DNA from: a bacterium
Lineage (GTDB): Bacteria > SM23-31
Assembly: GCA_965249485.1 (NCBI GenBank)
Contig: OZ252239.1
Span: 3,328,001 to 3,392,000 of the forward strand
Direction: 5' to 3'
DNA length: 64,000 nucleotides
Part shown: in pieces, positions 1 through 11,845 of the stretch
Numbering within the stretch: position 1 is the stretch's first letter
Layout of the letters: each line of letters opens with the position of its first letter
The notes under the pieces: model-generated
Told to the model about the DNA's origin: nothing
What the model saw: the letters and a program-made list of their open reading frames with translations, nothing else
Databases searched by the model: none
Made by a program: the position numbers and the translations under genes

Positions 1-170
1 ATCAGAAACGACAACTCATCAACCGCACCGGGTGGTCTGTGAAGCGGAATAACCGTTTTTTCGACTGTATTCGATAATGTAGTGCTGATTGCATCGGCAG
101 TATAGTCGACAAATGTCCGCAGTCCGTTTCGCAAAAAATGTGATCTGCTAATGTCTTGTTTTGTGCTCAT
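1..170 (-). CDS. NapG/NapF-type 4Fe-4S ferredoxin, N-terminal part (runs off window)
   Basis: Manual translation from ATG at 170 gives MSTKQDISRSHFLRNG...PLHRPPGAVDELSFL. The RPPGA motif matches the two neighbouring ferredoxins. Not in the ORF track. Confidence 0.75.
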   Translation of the reverse strand, partial: MSTKQDISRSHFLRNGLRTFVDYTADAISTTLSNTVEKTVIPLHRPPGAVDELSFL

Positions 171-212
171 GAGTTATGATAAGTTAAGGATTAATTGACA
201 GCTTGAAACATC

Positions 213-770
213 TCAACGTTTCTGCCTCCGTTTGTTGGTGAATCCAACCAGTAAGAATATTGCAAGAAAGAGTGAGCCTGTAACAATCGGAATCATATTG
301 AAATTTGTTGTTCCTATTACTATCGGAAAAGGAATTTTTTCGAAAAAATCGTCTCTCGGTTCAAATGTCACATTAAAAAAGAACTGCTCTGCTTCAGGAA
401 ATTCAAGACTCATTTTATATTCATTATATTCCGATTTTACCATTCTGGGTATTGCGATTACTTCCTCTCCGCCCAGAAACGTTATTTTTGTTACAGACAA
501 GGTCACCGGACTTGTGTATGCTTCCCCTGTAATCTTGTGTTTAATATAAACCTTGATACGAACCGTCTCACCCGGCATCGGATTTCCCGGAAAAGTTGAA
601 AATGTCACTACATATCCTTCGGCATCAGCATCGATCACCATAGTCGGAATCTGAGGATAATTTTTGGAATAGAGATAATGCGGCAGTCCGAGCTGATGAT
701 GTGCAGGGATTGCTGTCGGAAAGAGAAAAATTCCGTACACAATTGCAAAAATTACGAGTTTACTTTTCAT
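213..770 (-). CDS. Hypothetical exported protein with C-terminal membrane anchor, within the nap-like cluster
   Basis: 185-aa ORF with signal peptide, HHQLGLPHY segment and C-terminal TM helix plus basic tail; RBS GGAGG upstream. Confidence 0.7.
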   Translation of the reverse strand: MKSKLVIFAIVYGIFLFPTAIPAHHQLGLPHYLYSKNYPQIPTMVIDADAEGYVVTFSTFPGNPMPGETVRIKVYIKHKITGEAYTSPVTLSVTKITFLGGEEVIAIPRMVKSEYNEYKMSLEFPEAEQFFFNVTFEPRDDFFEKIPFPIVIGTTNFNMIPIVTGSLFLAIFLLVGFTNKRRQKR

Positions 771-801
771 GTATTATAACCTCCCTGTATAAAACAGAGA
801 T

Positions 802-1371
802 TCATGATTGAAAAACACGAATGGCTTTCGCGTCAACCGGGCATACCTCTTCACAGAGTCCGCAACCGACACAAAGTTCATTTATTACTTTCGGGTACCG
901 CTGCATATCAAGCTCAACCGCATTTAACGGACACACCGAATAACACGCGCCACATACACTCCGGCCGATAAACGGTAGACACAGATCTTCTTTCAAAACG
1001 GCCAGACCCATTGCCACCTGCTCGGGTTTCGTAATCGCTTCCAACACACCTGTCGGACAGACTGGCATGCATTTCATACAGAGATTACATGCATTTTCGG
1101 ATGCCACGATATATGGTGTATCAGCAATGACATCTCCTTCAAGACTCCCTGTAAAAAAAACAATTGACCCTTTCGGACATGCTTCTGCGCATGCGAAACA
1201 ATTAATACAGCCCTCCAGGAACATCGGTTCAGGTAACGCCCCCGGAGGTCTCAGATAAATTTTCTCAAGACCAAATTCGTACAACCCCTGCTACCTGCCT
1301 CCAGCTTTACAGGAGAGCGAAAACAGCAGGATATTAAAACTTGAATATTTTAGAAAATCTCTCCGTTCCAT
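802..1371 (-). pseudogene. NapG/MauM-type 4x[4Fe-4S] ferredoxin interrupted by in-frame TAG at codon 27
   Basis: ATG 1371 reads MERRDFLKYSS...KAGGR-TAG(1291-1293)-QGLYEFG, in frame with ORF 802..1284, which has RPPGA and four Cys clusters. RRDFL is a Tat-like leader. Confidence 0.75.
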
Positions 1372-1387
1372 AACCTACATAATTGTT

Positions 1388-2416
1388 TTATAATTCAGAA
1401 TCACCATTAAGGTAATTATTAACAAGTATCCTTTTTTTATCAAACCGGTCTTTATAGCCCATGAGTATATTGTTTTTTTTGCTTCCGGCCAATTCTATTG
1501 TGTTGCTGAACCGTGGACGTAGTGTGTATTCAAGTGCACCCGGTTTGCAGACTGATATACATAATCCGCATTGGTCACAGTCCGCCATTAATTCTTTCGT
1601 CATGGGTTTCAGGTCATAGGGACAAATCGGTATACAGTTGCCACATTTATCACAGAAAGTATCGTCACGCTTAATTTTGAGAATCCGAATTCGTGAAAGC
1701 ACCGTATAGACAGCACCCCCGGGACAGATATATCTGCACCACCAGCGCCGAGAGAGGATGAGCTCAAAAAACAGAATAAAACCGATTATCAACAGTCCTG
1801 TTCCCCAAAATCCATAGAAAATTTTATAGAATATCTCACGGCTGATAACCGCTGGAGGATAGATTAGTGCAAGCAAGGGTCTACCGGCAGCAAACGCAGC
1901 AATTAATCCGAATAATAGAACATAATACTTTGTTTTTGTGCTGAATCTGATATTGCGGGTGTTGTATCCGGTTTTCTTAAGGAGACCGCGAAGCTTATCA
2001 TTTAATTCGAGTAGCAGGTTCATCGGGCATATCCACCCGCAGTAGACTTTACCGAGGAATATTGTCAAAACAACGGGAATGAGAATAGAAAGCAGCATCG
2101 GGCCATAGAGAAATACAGTAATGACGGTCGATTCGACAAAAGCAAGAGGATCGGACATTTTAAAACCGAATATATCAATTGTCCAGACAGATCCTTTAAC
2201 TTTATGGGTAAGTTCTATTACCTCGTTTCTGTTGTCTCCTTCAAAAACCGAATGAATTGAGGAATAAATCCATGAGTCCCCAATGGAGAAATCATCTTTC
2301 TGCTGGATCAGAATTCCGTAATAATTGAATAGCGGAATACCGATTATCAGGAGAAAAACAAACACCTGAACCGGCCGGCGAAGCTTTTGAACAGTTATAG
2401 AATTAACTTTAAACAT
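1388..2416 (-). CDS. napH: NapH-type membrane ferredoxin (quinol dehydrogenase membrane subunit)
   Basis: Several TM helices, CGWICP and CRYICP motifs, two C-terminal 4Fe-4S motifs. Probable ATG at 2416 overlaps the napG stop. Confidence 0.85.
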   Translation of the reverse strand: MFKVNSITVQKLRRPVQVFVFLLIIGIPLFNYYGILIQQKDDFSIGDSWIYSSIHSVFEGDNRNEVIELTHKVKGSVWTIDIFGFKMSDPLAFVESTVITVFLYGPMLLSILIPVVLTIFLGKVYCGWICPMNLLLELNDKLRGLLKKTGYNTRNIRFSTKTKYYVLLFGLIAAFAAGRPLLALIYPPAVISREIFYKIFYGFWGTGLLIIGFILFFELILSRRWWCRYICPGGAVYTVLSRIRILKIKRDDTFCDKCGNCIPICPYDLKPMTKELMADCDQCGLCISVCKPGALEYTLRPRFSNTIELAGSKKNNILMGYKDRFDKKRILVNNYLNGDSEL

Positions 2417-3074
2417 TCTGAACTCTATCGTTTTGAACCGGGATAATTCTGATTGCCTGCGGGTAGTGGTAGCAAATCCGCTCACACAAACCACACCCGA
2501 CACATTTTTCAACGTCAAGAATCGGCCGCTCCCACGGTCCGATTTTCAACGCTTCATCCTGAAGCGGGCATGCCCGGTAGCACACTCCGCAAATTCTGTC
2601 ATTATAGGAATAACACAAGTTAGTATCGAGTGTCGCATAACCCATTTTGACTTGTTTTTTAACTAAATTGATATTATCCTGCAGCGGCTGAAGAGCACCC
2701 GATGGGCAGACATTGTTACATTTCATGCAGAGAATACATCCCTGTTGGCGGGGTACGATATATGGTGTTCCTGCTTCTTTTCCCGATCCGATATCAAAAT
2801 ACCGAATACACTGATTCGGACAAACTTCACTGCATAATCCACACCGGATACATTTCTTGAGAAAATCTTCCTCATCGAGTGCACCGGGCGGCCGGAGATA
2901 TCTGAATTTCGCCTGTACCGGCAGCCACTTTAGCATCGACAGGAGATACATTCCTACGGTTAATGCGCTGTATTTAAGAACTTTTCTTCTATTCTGTTTT
3001 TTCGTATAAATACGACACAGGTTTTTTGAAAAAACTTCAATCGAATGCAGCACATTTTTCAGCGATGCGACCAT
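2409..3074 (-). CDS. napG: NapG-type periplasmic ferredoxin
   Basis: RR leader, LRPPGA, four Cys clusters; lies directly after the nitrate reductase and before napH. Confidence 0.8.
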   Translation of the reverse strand: MVASLKNVLHSIEVFSKNLCRIYTKKQNRRKVLKYSALTVGMYLLSMLKWLPVQAKFRYLRPPGALDEEDFLKKCIRCGLCSEVCPNQCIRYFDIGSGKEAGTPYIVPRQQGCILCMKCNNVCPSGALQPLQDNINLVKKQVKMGYATLDTNLCYSYNDRICGVCYRACPLQDEALKIGPWERPILDVEKCVGCGLCERICYHYPQAIRIIPVQNDRVQNV

Positions 3075-3082
3075 ATAAATTC

Positions 3083-5824
3083 TTACCCTATCCTATCGGT
3101 TATTTTTTCTATGCGAGCTGCAAGCTTTTTATAGTCTGCCTGACCCGAGACAGGATCAAATGCACGGTGTGCGACTTCGTTGACAAGCCATCTATTATGT
3201 TCAGGATCTGCATCGTCTGCAACTGACAGATTCCACGGTGAAAACAACATACCTTCCGGTACAATGTTTCGTGCCGGACGGACTTTGCTGTCGAGTCCAA
3301 CTGAAACACGAGCTTCATAACTGCCGCGCCGTGTCGAAATCCGAATCCAGTCACCATCCTGCAGTCTATTTCTGCGTGCATCACTCACGTTCATTTCAAC
3401 ATATTGCTCCATGACCAGTTTACGTGTTGTTGCAGAGCGAATCGATTTTGCGGTATGAAAATGCTCATAAACTACTCCGAGATTTAACCAGAAAGGATAT
3501 TTATCTTCCGGGACCTTGTCGTACCCTATTTTCGAAAAATCGAAATCAGGCATATCCGGTGTAAGACCGTAGTCACGGACTTTTACAAGTACGTCCATGT
3601 TATCAATCAGGAGAAAATCCGGATCAACACCGACTCTTCTCAGATCATCGATAACTTCAGGATATTTCGAATAGTCCTGCTGACAGAGCTGCATATTTGC
3701 TCTGCCATTCGGAGTTCTGAACATACCGTACGGTTTATCCGCCCAACCTGCTTCCTGGTTCATGTAGCGCCGTTTTGTACCACCCGCAAGCGCAATTTCT
3801 GCTGTCGGTGCCGGCCACTGCACGCCACGAACATCCCTGATTATCTGATACGGCGACACACCTCTTTCTTCGGCAGCTTTCAAAATGCCCGAGAAATCGG
3901 CATCAGATCCTTCACTGGCCTGTGCGATCTCAATAAAAATATCTTCAACTTTGTAGAATCCTTTTTCATTTTTTTCATACGGGAATATTGCATGTCCATC
4001 CAGACCGAGCAGGTTGGCAATCTCTATTCCCTTATCGATAACAATATCAAGATCGGGCTTACAATTCTCTTGTGGGTCGGCAGCTTTGTCTGTTACATAT
4101 ATCCGCCGTTCAGACTGAATATAAGTTCCGCCGCATTCACCCCATGTCGCAGCCGGGAATATGACATCGGCATACAGATTGTTTGGCGCATGCCGGTAGA
4201 TTTCCTGAACAACGACAAACATATTATTTAAGGCCGGACGTACCAGAGTTTTTGTTTCCGGAAGATCGATATGTGTTGCATATATGAGGAACATCGCCCG
4301 GACTTTTCTGGGATCTTCTTCCGGCAGGAGACCTCTTTCCATCATTCCGATAGCATAACCGGGATTGGCCGAATCAGCCACCTGTTTCAATCTGCCTTCA
4401 GGAATATTCTAGAGCTTCGTGAAGAGATCAATTCCCTTTTCATTATATTGACCACCCTGCTTCAACCCCTGATTGAAGGGTAACCGACCTGTCAAACCGC
4501 CTGTAAGCCGCTCACCCATGGCATTGGGCTGACCGGTCTGAGAATGTGGGCCGCAGCCGGGCCGTCCGATATTATTTGTCATAAGATGAAGATTGATAAT
4601 ACTGATAACATTACGCTGACCGCGGACACTCTGGTTATAACCGATACCCCAGAAGGTATGGACACCACCGGTACCGCGCTCGAGCCCTTTTTTTGTTGCC
4701 CGTGCCCATTCGGTTGCAATATTCTGCACAAACGACACTTCTACACCGGTCACTTCCTGTGTTTTCCGGGGATCATAACTTTTTTTAATACCTTCTATAA
4801 ATTCTTCCCATCCTGATGTGTGCTTACGCATAAAATCCCATGCAATGACATCTGGATGTTCATCGAGAAGGACATAAGCAATATTGTTGAGCAGAGTAAT
4901 ATCCGCATTCGGTTTTATCTGTGCATGGTATGCGTTATTTGGATTGACATCTTCAAATCCCTGAACCGTTCCAGTTCTCCGGGGATCGACGACCATTGTC
5001 GGGATATCTTTTGCACGTTTATGATCGACAGCCCTCCAGAACACAATTGGATGTGCCTCGCGGGGATTATGTCCCCAGAATGAGAGAAAATCACACATCT
5101 CAATATCTTCATAGCTTGTGGGAGGAGCATCCGAGCCGAGGGTTTTGATATAAGCGGTGACCGCACTGCTCATACACATCCGGGCATTTGCTTCCATCGT
5201 ATTGGAACCGATGACACCCTTCATAAATTTGTTCTCGAGCTATTGGCCTTCAAACGTGAGTTGTCCCGATCCATACAATCCTATACTGTTTCCTCCGTAT
5301 GTCTGTATGAGATGCGCAACCTTGTGAGCGGTCATCTCACTCGCCTCTTCATATGGCACCTCAACAAAATGCTCATCGTCAAAAGAACCTTTAGTTTCAG
5401 ATGAAAAACCGAGATCTCCGTGCCCCGGTTTATTCCACTCTTCCCACGTATCTTTTCTGACGAGCACTTTTGTCAATCTGTCGATATAAATAGGCTCGTT
5501 AGCAGTTAACCCTTTAATGCACTGCATGCCTTTATTTGTTGGATGGCTTTTGTCGGGTACCATTCCGACGATCTTGCCATTCTCGACCTGAATCATTGTT
5601 CCACAGCCAACACCGCAATATGGGCACGCAGAAAGGAAATTATTGGTTACCTGTGGAGTTGCTTCGGAACGGGCAACTTTTATTTCCTGTTCTCTCCCAC
5701 TGCATCCTACAACATTTCCGGCTGTAATAGCAGACATTGTTGCAGAAGCCTGAAGAAATTTTCTTCTTGTCAGCTGAAATTTATTTTTCCCATTATTTCC
5801 CGGGCTTTTTTTCTTACTGCTCAT
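3083..5824 (-). pseudogene. napA: Tat-exported molybdopterin nitrate reductase catalytic subunit (NapA/NasA family), split by two in-frame TAG codons
   Basis: Three track ORFs share one frame, separated only by TAG at 5240-5242 and 4409-4411. Motifs: LTRRKFL Tat signal, CPYCGVGC...C cluster, NARMCMSSA Mo-ligand loop, GQPNAMG, C-terminal DPVSGQADYK. ATG 5824 follows AAGGGG. Confidence 0.85.
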
Positions 5825-5834
5825 GGTATACCCC

Positions 5835-7784
5835 TTAATTTGTATGTTTCGGTATAATGATTTTTTGCCATGTACGGATATACGACACAATATCGTCAAT
5901 TTCTTCGGCGTTTAATTCTACATTACCCTGATCTCCTTTTGCCCACGACCGCATTGCGGTCCCATTTCGCTGGTTCCGTGGCATCCTGCACACATCGTAT
6001 CGAACAGAATCTTTCCCCGAGATGGTGTTCCAGGACTGATTCCCGGATGGATAATGTCTGATTCCTGTTTTTCATGACTCCGGATGTAAGCAACAATGTC
6101 ATTCAGTTCCAAACGGGAGAGATTACCAATACCTTGAAATTCTTTGGCAAAACTGAGCATTGCACTATTGGAACGCCCTCTGCTCGCGGAATTATAAATA
6201 AACTGATCTGATGCAGCTGCAAGAAAATCCTTATTGAATAATGCAGGTCCGATCGTTCCTTCACCGTTTATGCCGTGGCAGCCGGAACACATGCCCACAA
6301 ATAGTGTATTGCCGCTTTCAGCATCACCCTGAATACGAGTTGATGATAAACTGAGCTGAGGTGTGTTTTGCCAGCTTCTGAGAAATCCTATAATGTTCGC
6401 AACATCTTCCTTTTCGAGAAATGACCAGGAAAGCATTGCCGTGTTTTCCCTGCCGGTAACAATCGTATCATACAGAAACCGGTCGGAAGCAATCGAGAGA
6501 AACTCTTGAGAATTGAGTGACGGTCCAATTCCACTTTCACCCTGAGCGCCGTGACATGTACCGCATCGTGACCGGTAGAGTTTTTCTCCAATGAGTGTGT
6601 TGCGAGGTACAGACATTACCTCACGAAAAGTAGGTGCTTCTTTTTTCCAATTCTTAATATATTGTATGAGACCTTCTATTTCTTCATCACGGAGGCCGCC
6701 GTTTTCATGTGCCCAGGAACTCATATACATTCCGCCCCTACCGTTTCTGATCGTTGATTCAAGCATATCATCAGAAGCCATTGCTAGAAACTCTTCATTA
6801 TTCAAAGCCGGTACAAACCGTTCGAATTCCCGGTACACATTGCTCTCACCGTTTTCGCCATGGCAGGTTTGCGCACAATATTCTATAAGATTCCTTACTT
6901 GGCAGTGATTTTCTGTCTCCTTTTATTTCCGCTAAAACTTCAAGAGAATAGTAGTCAGTCGAATATTCAGGAGTAAAAAGACTCATTGTATAGGTGATAA
7001 GAGCGGTCATTTCTTCATCACTGAACGTGTGTTTCGGCATTACAGAGCCAGGAGCTACCGTCTGCGGATCGATAAAGTGCTCTTCCAGCCAATTCACAAC
7101 CGACCGTTCACCATGAACATTCTCAAAACTGTATTCAATGGATGTTTTTTTACCCTGATTTGTCAGTTCCACACTGGTAATGCCCCCAGTCCCGCGCACA
7201 TTATGACATGAAAGGCATCCTTCACGGAGAAATATATTCTGCCCTTTCAGAAGCACTTCAGCTCCTTCGAGCTTTTGGTCCGTCTCAAATACCGACAAAT
7301 GACACCGCCCACAAGCTGATTGACCGTATTGCACCGGAATAACGGGATATTCCCAATGTATACCCTCAGACTGTGCAAAAACTTCTGTTGCACTGAGTGC
7401 TCTATCCTGCCCTCCATGGCAGATACTGCACCCAAACTCTTCAACCGGGTGATTTTGTATGTAGTTTCCGCTATGTGTCGCATGAAGTTGAGACTGATCA
7501 GTCATATTGGGATTTTCTATACCGTTATGACAACTGATACATCTGTCTACACGGTCGAAACCATCAAGAATATTTTGTTTGATTTCTACCTGAAAATTTT
7601 CAGCATTTTGCTGTTCTAATTCGCTTTCGGCCTTGGAAATCAATATCTCTTTAAATTCCTTTTGATAGTTTTTCCATTCCCGCAGAGAATTTTCTTCATA
7701 TGCCGATAGTCCGAAAAATATAAAGCAGATAATGCTCCCGGCAATTGTCAATTTCTGATAAAATCGTATATACTTTTTTTCCAT
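5835..7784 (-). pseudogene. Membrane-anchored multiheme cytochrome c (8 CxxCH after repair), frameshifted and internally deleted
   Basis: CISCH, CSICH, CGRCH, CLSCH; an extra base near 6867 breaks CANCH; then CGTCH, CSGCH, CAGCH. After the last motif a deletion at ~5970 shifts to a remnant frame, RNGTAMRSW...IVSYIRTW, that ends at TAA 5835-5837. Confidence 0.8.
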
Positions 7785-7797
7785 ATCGTTGCTCCAA

Positions 7798-9361
7798 TTA
7801 ATGCAAAGGCCATTGTGATGGTGACCAATAAAAAGCCCAGTTAGGACCACGAAAATAGGTGCCCATTATTGTTAGGATTAAAAATCCTACAAGAAAAGCA
7901 GTGAACAATGCTATTGCTGACATGCGTGTTGATCCGGTTTGACGTAAGACATGGAGCGACCACCATGCGTAAAACAGCACGATAAAGGAACCTGGATTGA
8001 CGATAATGATCCAGAGCTGAGATATACTTGGAAACCAGTTTCGGAGCCATCCGAACTTGACCGTAAACGCCAGTAAAAGGACTGTAAAAACTGTCGATAT
8101 AACAGCAGAATTCAGAGCGACTTTTTTCCCTTCGCTTCCGGAAAACCAAACTCCGAAAAAGCGGTCTTCTCTATCGAGGAATGGAACCAACATTAATCCC
8201 ATAATCACTATCGTCGGTATGCCTATACCCCCCCATTTATCCTGAATACGAAACCAACTCCTGCAGTCCGAGGAAGTACCACGGGGCTTTTGCCGGATTT
8301 TCGGGAATGCTCGGATTCGCTATCGTTTTGAGAGGGGCATCAAAAAAATATGCAAGAATTGTCATCACAGCCAATGTCAGCATAAACACACCGACTTCTG
8401 CCCAGATAGCGACAGGCCATGTCATTACCGTGTTATCCGGCCCCCCGCTGAGCTGAGGTGAGCCTCCTCTCATCAAGCCCATGAGTCCATAGGTCTTTTC
8501 GGGATTTAGATTAAAGTTGCCCTTTATGTGTTCTTTACCACTGTTATCACGACCCTCTTCCCGGTTGATTATTTCATCGGCATTATCCGGTTTGCTGAGC
8601 CCTCCGTCTTTTCTGACACGCCAGAAATGGACGCCGATCAGTCCAAAAGCGACAAGCGGTAAAATCATAATATGGAGCAGATAAAACCGGGTAAGTGCCT
8701 CCTGTCCGATGACATTTCCCCCTATCAGCAGGTGTTTTATCAAGCCGCTGATATCAAAATAGCTTGTAATACCTAAAATATCAGTCAACTCTCTCGGAGA
8801 TGCGGCAATGTTGGCGCCTATTGTCACAGCCCAATAGGCAAGTTGGTCCCACGGGAGTAAATATCCGGTATAACTCAGCATAAGAGTCACCATAAAAAGC
8901 GTCATTCCAATGAGCCAGTTAAAATTCCTCGTCCGTTTGTAACCGCTGGTATAAAATACACGTGCCATATGGAGAATGACCGTAAAAACCATACCGTGAG
9001 CCGCCCACCGGTGTAGGTTCCGCATATACTTACCTGAAGCAACCACAAAGCTGATATCCCGGACATTATCATATGCAAGACTGGTCGTCGGATTATAATA
9101 AACCATCAAGAGAACGCCGGTAACACAGAGAATTATAAACAGGAAAAAGGTGATAATACCGAGACCCATACTGAATGCCGGTTTCAGGCAATATTTGTGG
9201 ATACGTGCAGATTGAAAATGGAGAAAGAAATTTTGAAATATTGCCTGCGACCGCTCTCTCTCCGACTTAGGCGGCCATGAATACCTGCGGAAAGATTCAG
9301 GGACTGTTTTTTTGAGTCCCTTTACATTATCCTGAAATGTTTTTAAGCCTTGCTCAGACAT
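7798..9361 (-). pseudogene. Cytochrome b of a Rieske/cytb complex (b6 and subunit IV fused), with stop and frameshift near 8228-8239
   Basis: Heme His motifs (RNLHRWAAH, ILHMAR, FYLLH, GVHFW), GYLLPWDQ, PAKAPWYF. TAA at 8237-8239 and a 7-G run separate it from the downstream frame GGIGIP...PFLDR...RGPNW. Confidence 0.85.
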
Positions 9362-9379
9362 ACTATTTTCTCCATGAAT

Positions 9380-9859
9380 TTAAACCGTGAATGTTTCCTC
9401 GGAATTCACTTTCGTATTAGCGTCGACTACCAGTTGTCCATCAGGAGACATGCTGACCTTCAGCCATTCAAGTGGTTTCGGCGCAGGTCCACCAGTCACA
9501 TTACCGACTGAATCAAATATAGAACCGTGGCATGGGCACAGAAATCCACCCTGAGTCTCTTTGACGATACAGCCTAAATGTGTGCAAATCGCCGACAAAG
9601 CACGGAATCCGTTTTCCTGCCGAACAACATAGACATTCCGCTCAGGAATAACTTTGTAGGTATTATTTTGGAAATCGGTTGGCAGACCCACCTTGAATAT
9701 ACTCGACGGTTCATTGAACACTTTCGGCAGCGGTAATTGCACGATACCAACGCACGCCATTGCTCCTGCACCGATCAGCGATCCGACTGCCATTTTTTCC
9801 AGAAAATCCCGTCTGTCGACAACATTCTTTTCATCATTGTGTGAATTATGTTTCGTCAT
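9380..9859 (-). CDS. Rieske [2Fe-2S] subunit
   Basis: DRRDFL Tat motif, CTHLGC and CPCHGS boxes, GPAPKPL. Probable ATG at 9859. Confidence 0.92.
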   Translation of the reverse strand: MTKHNSHNDEKNVVDRRDFLEKMAVGSLIGAGAMACVGIVQLPLPKVFNEPSSIFKVGLPTDFQNNTYKVIPERNVYVVRQENGFRALSAICTHLGCIVKETQGGFLCPCHGSIFDSVGNVTGGPAPKPLEWLKVSMSPDGQLVVDANTKVNSEETFTV

Positions 9860-11735
9860 TGACAAAGACCTCCCTGAATGTAAATTTTTCCATGGTGATT
9901 GCATCAACCGGACAGCGCTCGGCGCAGAGTCCCCACCTGATGCAAATTGTTTCATCTTTAATAATTGCACCAACCGTGTCGTGAGGTATCTCTTTGTATC
10001 GTGCAAGTATGAGTTTTTCAAGTTCTGGATTGCCGTTAATCGAATCAACAGGGATCAGCTTCAGACACGATTCCGGGCAGACATCTGCACACCCTCCACA
10101 GAGAATACACCGCTCGGAATTAAATATGGTGTTAACGTTACAATTGAAGCAGCGGGCAGCCTGACATACACTCTGATCGGTCGTGAATCCCTTTTCGACT
10201 ACCGAGTTCATTGATTGTTTTCGTTCTTCAGGAGAAAGTGCAGGAACACCAACACGTGGCAATTGTTCATAGTCACTCTCTCTTTTGTAATCTTGTATCT
10301 CCGAATGCTCGACAACTGTCAAGATAGGAACCTGTTTTCCTGTCCGATAGGTGTATATTTTTCGGGCAGCCTCTTTCCCGTTTGCGATGGCATCGATCAT
10401 CAAACCCGGTCCAAGGGCAACGTCACCTGCTGCAAATACGCCTTCTGCTTCTGTCTGTGTGGATGAAGGATCGAGTTTTAATTGTTTGCGTTCGTTTAAA
10501 GTGACATCGTCAGAATCGATAAAACTCAGATCAGTAGCCTGGCCGATAGAAAGAATTACGGTACCTGCTTCAATATTTATTATTTGTTTTTCATCAAATT
10601 TGGGAGCAAATTTTTTGTTCTCGTCAAAAACCGATAGACAGCGAATAAACCGTACGCCTATGACTGCGCCGGTATCGTCTATCAGAATTTCTGTTGGCCC
10701 GAGAGAGTTGTGCCTGACAACTCCTTCCTCTTCTCCCTCTTCAATCTCAACTGTATCGGCAGGCATTTCTTCAAACGATTCGAGACATGTGAGATGAACT
10801 TCTTTCACTCCCATCTGACGAAGAGCCGTTCTCGACACATCATTTTCAGTCTGTCGTACAACGGTGCGGGCAACGTCATAAGCGACATTGCCGCCGCCGA
10901 TGACTACAATCCTTTCTCCGAGGTCGACCTCTTCATGCAGTGCAACATCTCGTAGAAAGTCGACTCCCCCCAGCACACCTTTCGCATCGACATTCGGGAT
11001 AGGAATCATGCGGGATTTTTTTGCCCCGACTGATATCAGAATTGCATCGTGAATGTTACGAAGTTCTTTAAATGAAATATCTTTACCAACCTGTGTGTTG
11101 CATTTAATCTCGGTACCTAACGCCTTGATCACTTCAACTTCGGCTTCGATCAGATCCCGCGGCAGCCGGTATTCCGGAACACCAAGATAAAGCATACCTG
11201 CGGGGACTGGCTCCATTTCATAAATGACCGGTTTTATGCCCATCAAACATAGATCGTGTGCAGCAGCCAATCCTGCCGGACCTGAACCGATAATTCCGAC
11301 ACTCTGTGCATCATCCGGTATTGTGTATTCTGTATTTTTAAACCGATCGAGATACTGTCCGAAATTTTCGGCACCATCACATTCATACGAGTTGCCAAGT
11401 AGTTTTTTCAAAAAATGAATAAGTCCTGCAGAATACTCCTTCGATTCCGATCCGAACTGTTCGGTTACAAACCGTTTGAGTGCTCGGATGGATACAGCTT
11501 CGTCAAGATCACTCCACCTGCAAGCTGCTTCACATGGAGCTCCGCAAATTCTGCCGCAGATCGATGCAAGAGGATTAGGTGCACGTGCGATAAGGTATGC
11601 CTTTTCAAAATCACCTTCTGCGATTGCTCGGACATATCCCCGTGAATCGGTGTGTACCGGACAGGCATACTGGCATTTAACCTGTTTCTTCCAGTATTCA
11701 TCGTCGGGAACTTCAACTGAAAATGTGTGTTTCAT
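9846..11735 (-). CDS. FAD/NAD(P)-dependent oxidoreductase, GltD/NfnB-like, with C-terminal ferredoxin domain
   Basis: [35 protein letters not shown], then CxxCxxCxxxCP. The last cluster reads CIRWGLC (Cys to Trp at 9933-9935). Probable start MKHTF at 11735. Confidence 0.88.
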   Translation of the reverse strand: MKHTFSVEVPDDEYWKKQVKCQYACPVHTDSRGYVRAIAEGDFEKAYLIARAPNPLASICGRICGAPCEAACRWSDLDEAVSIRALKRFVTEQFGSESKEYSAGLIHFLKKLLGNSYECDGAENFGQYLDRFKNTEYTIPDDAQSVGIIGSGPAGLAAAHDLCLMGIKPVIYEMEPVPAGMLYLGVPEYRLPRDLIEAEVEVIKALGTEIKCNTQVGKDISFKELRNIHDAILISVGAKKSRMIPIPNVDAKGVLGGVDFLRDVALHEEVDLGERIVVIGGGNVAYDVARTVVRQTENDVSRTALRQMGVKEVHLTCLESFEEMPADTVEIEEGEEEGVVRHNSLGPTEILIDDTGAVIGVRFIRCLSVFDENKKFAPKFDEKQIINIEAGTVILSIGQATDLSFIDSDDVTLNERKQLKLDPSSTQTEAEGVFAAGDVALGPGLMIDAIANGKEAARKIYTYRTGKQVPILTVVEHSEIQDYKRESDYEQLPRVGVPALSPEERKQSMNSVVEKGFTTDQSVCQAARCFNCNVNTIFNSERCILCGGCADVCPESCLKLIPVDSINGNPELEKLILARYKEIPHDTVGAIIKDETICIRWGLCAERCPVDAITMEKFTFREVFVNDET

Positions 11736-11773
11736 TTTCCACCATTCATAATCACGAAACACTGTTATATATT

Positions 11774-11787
11774 AAGACCTTTTTATC
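11774..11787. promoter_or_regulatory. Candidate Rrf2 operator, copy 1 (AAGACCTTTTTATC)
   Basis: The identical 14-mer occurs at 12323-12336; each copy lies just upstream of a gene start. Confidence 0.5.
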
Positions 11788-11845
11788 TCTTATATATAAA
11801 TAATTTACCTTTACATCTCTGATCCATTGTTGACATTATCACAAA

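Noticed and set aside
7798..8208. Separate subunit IV gene for cytochrome b
   Set aside because: The break falls right after PWYF, inside the subunit-IV region, at a stop plus G-run. It reads as a lesion, not the natural b6/IV split.
11827..11844. Rex/CRP/FNR-like box, TTGTGATAATGTCAACAA on the minus strand
   Set aside because: Only one half-site is good, and it cannot be assigned to a regulator.
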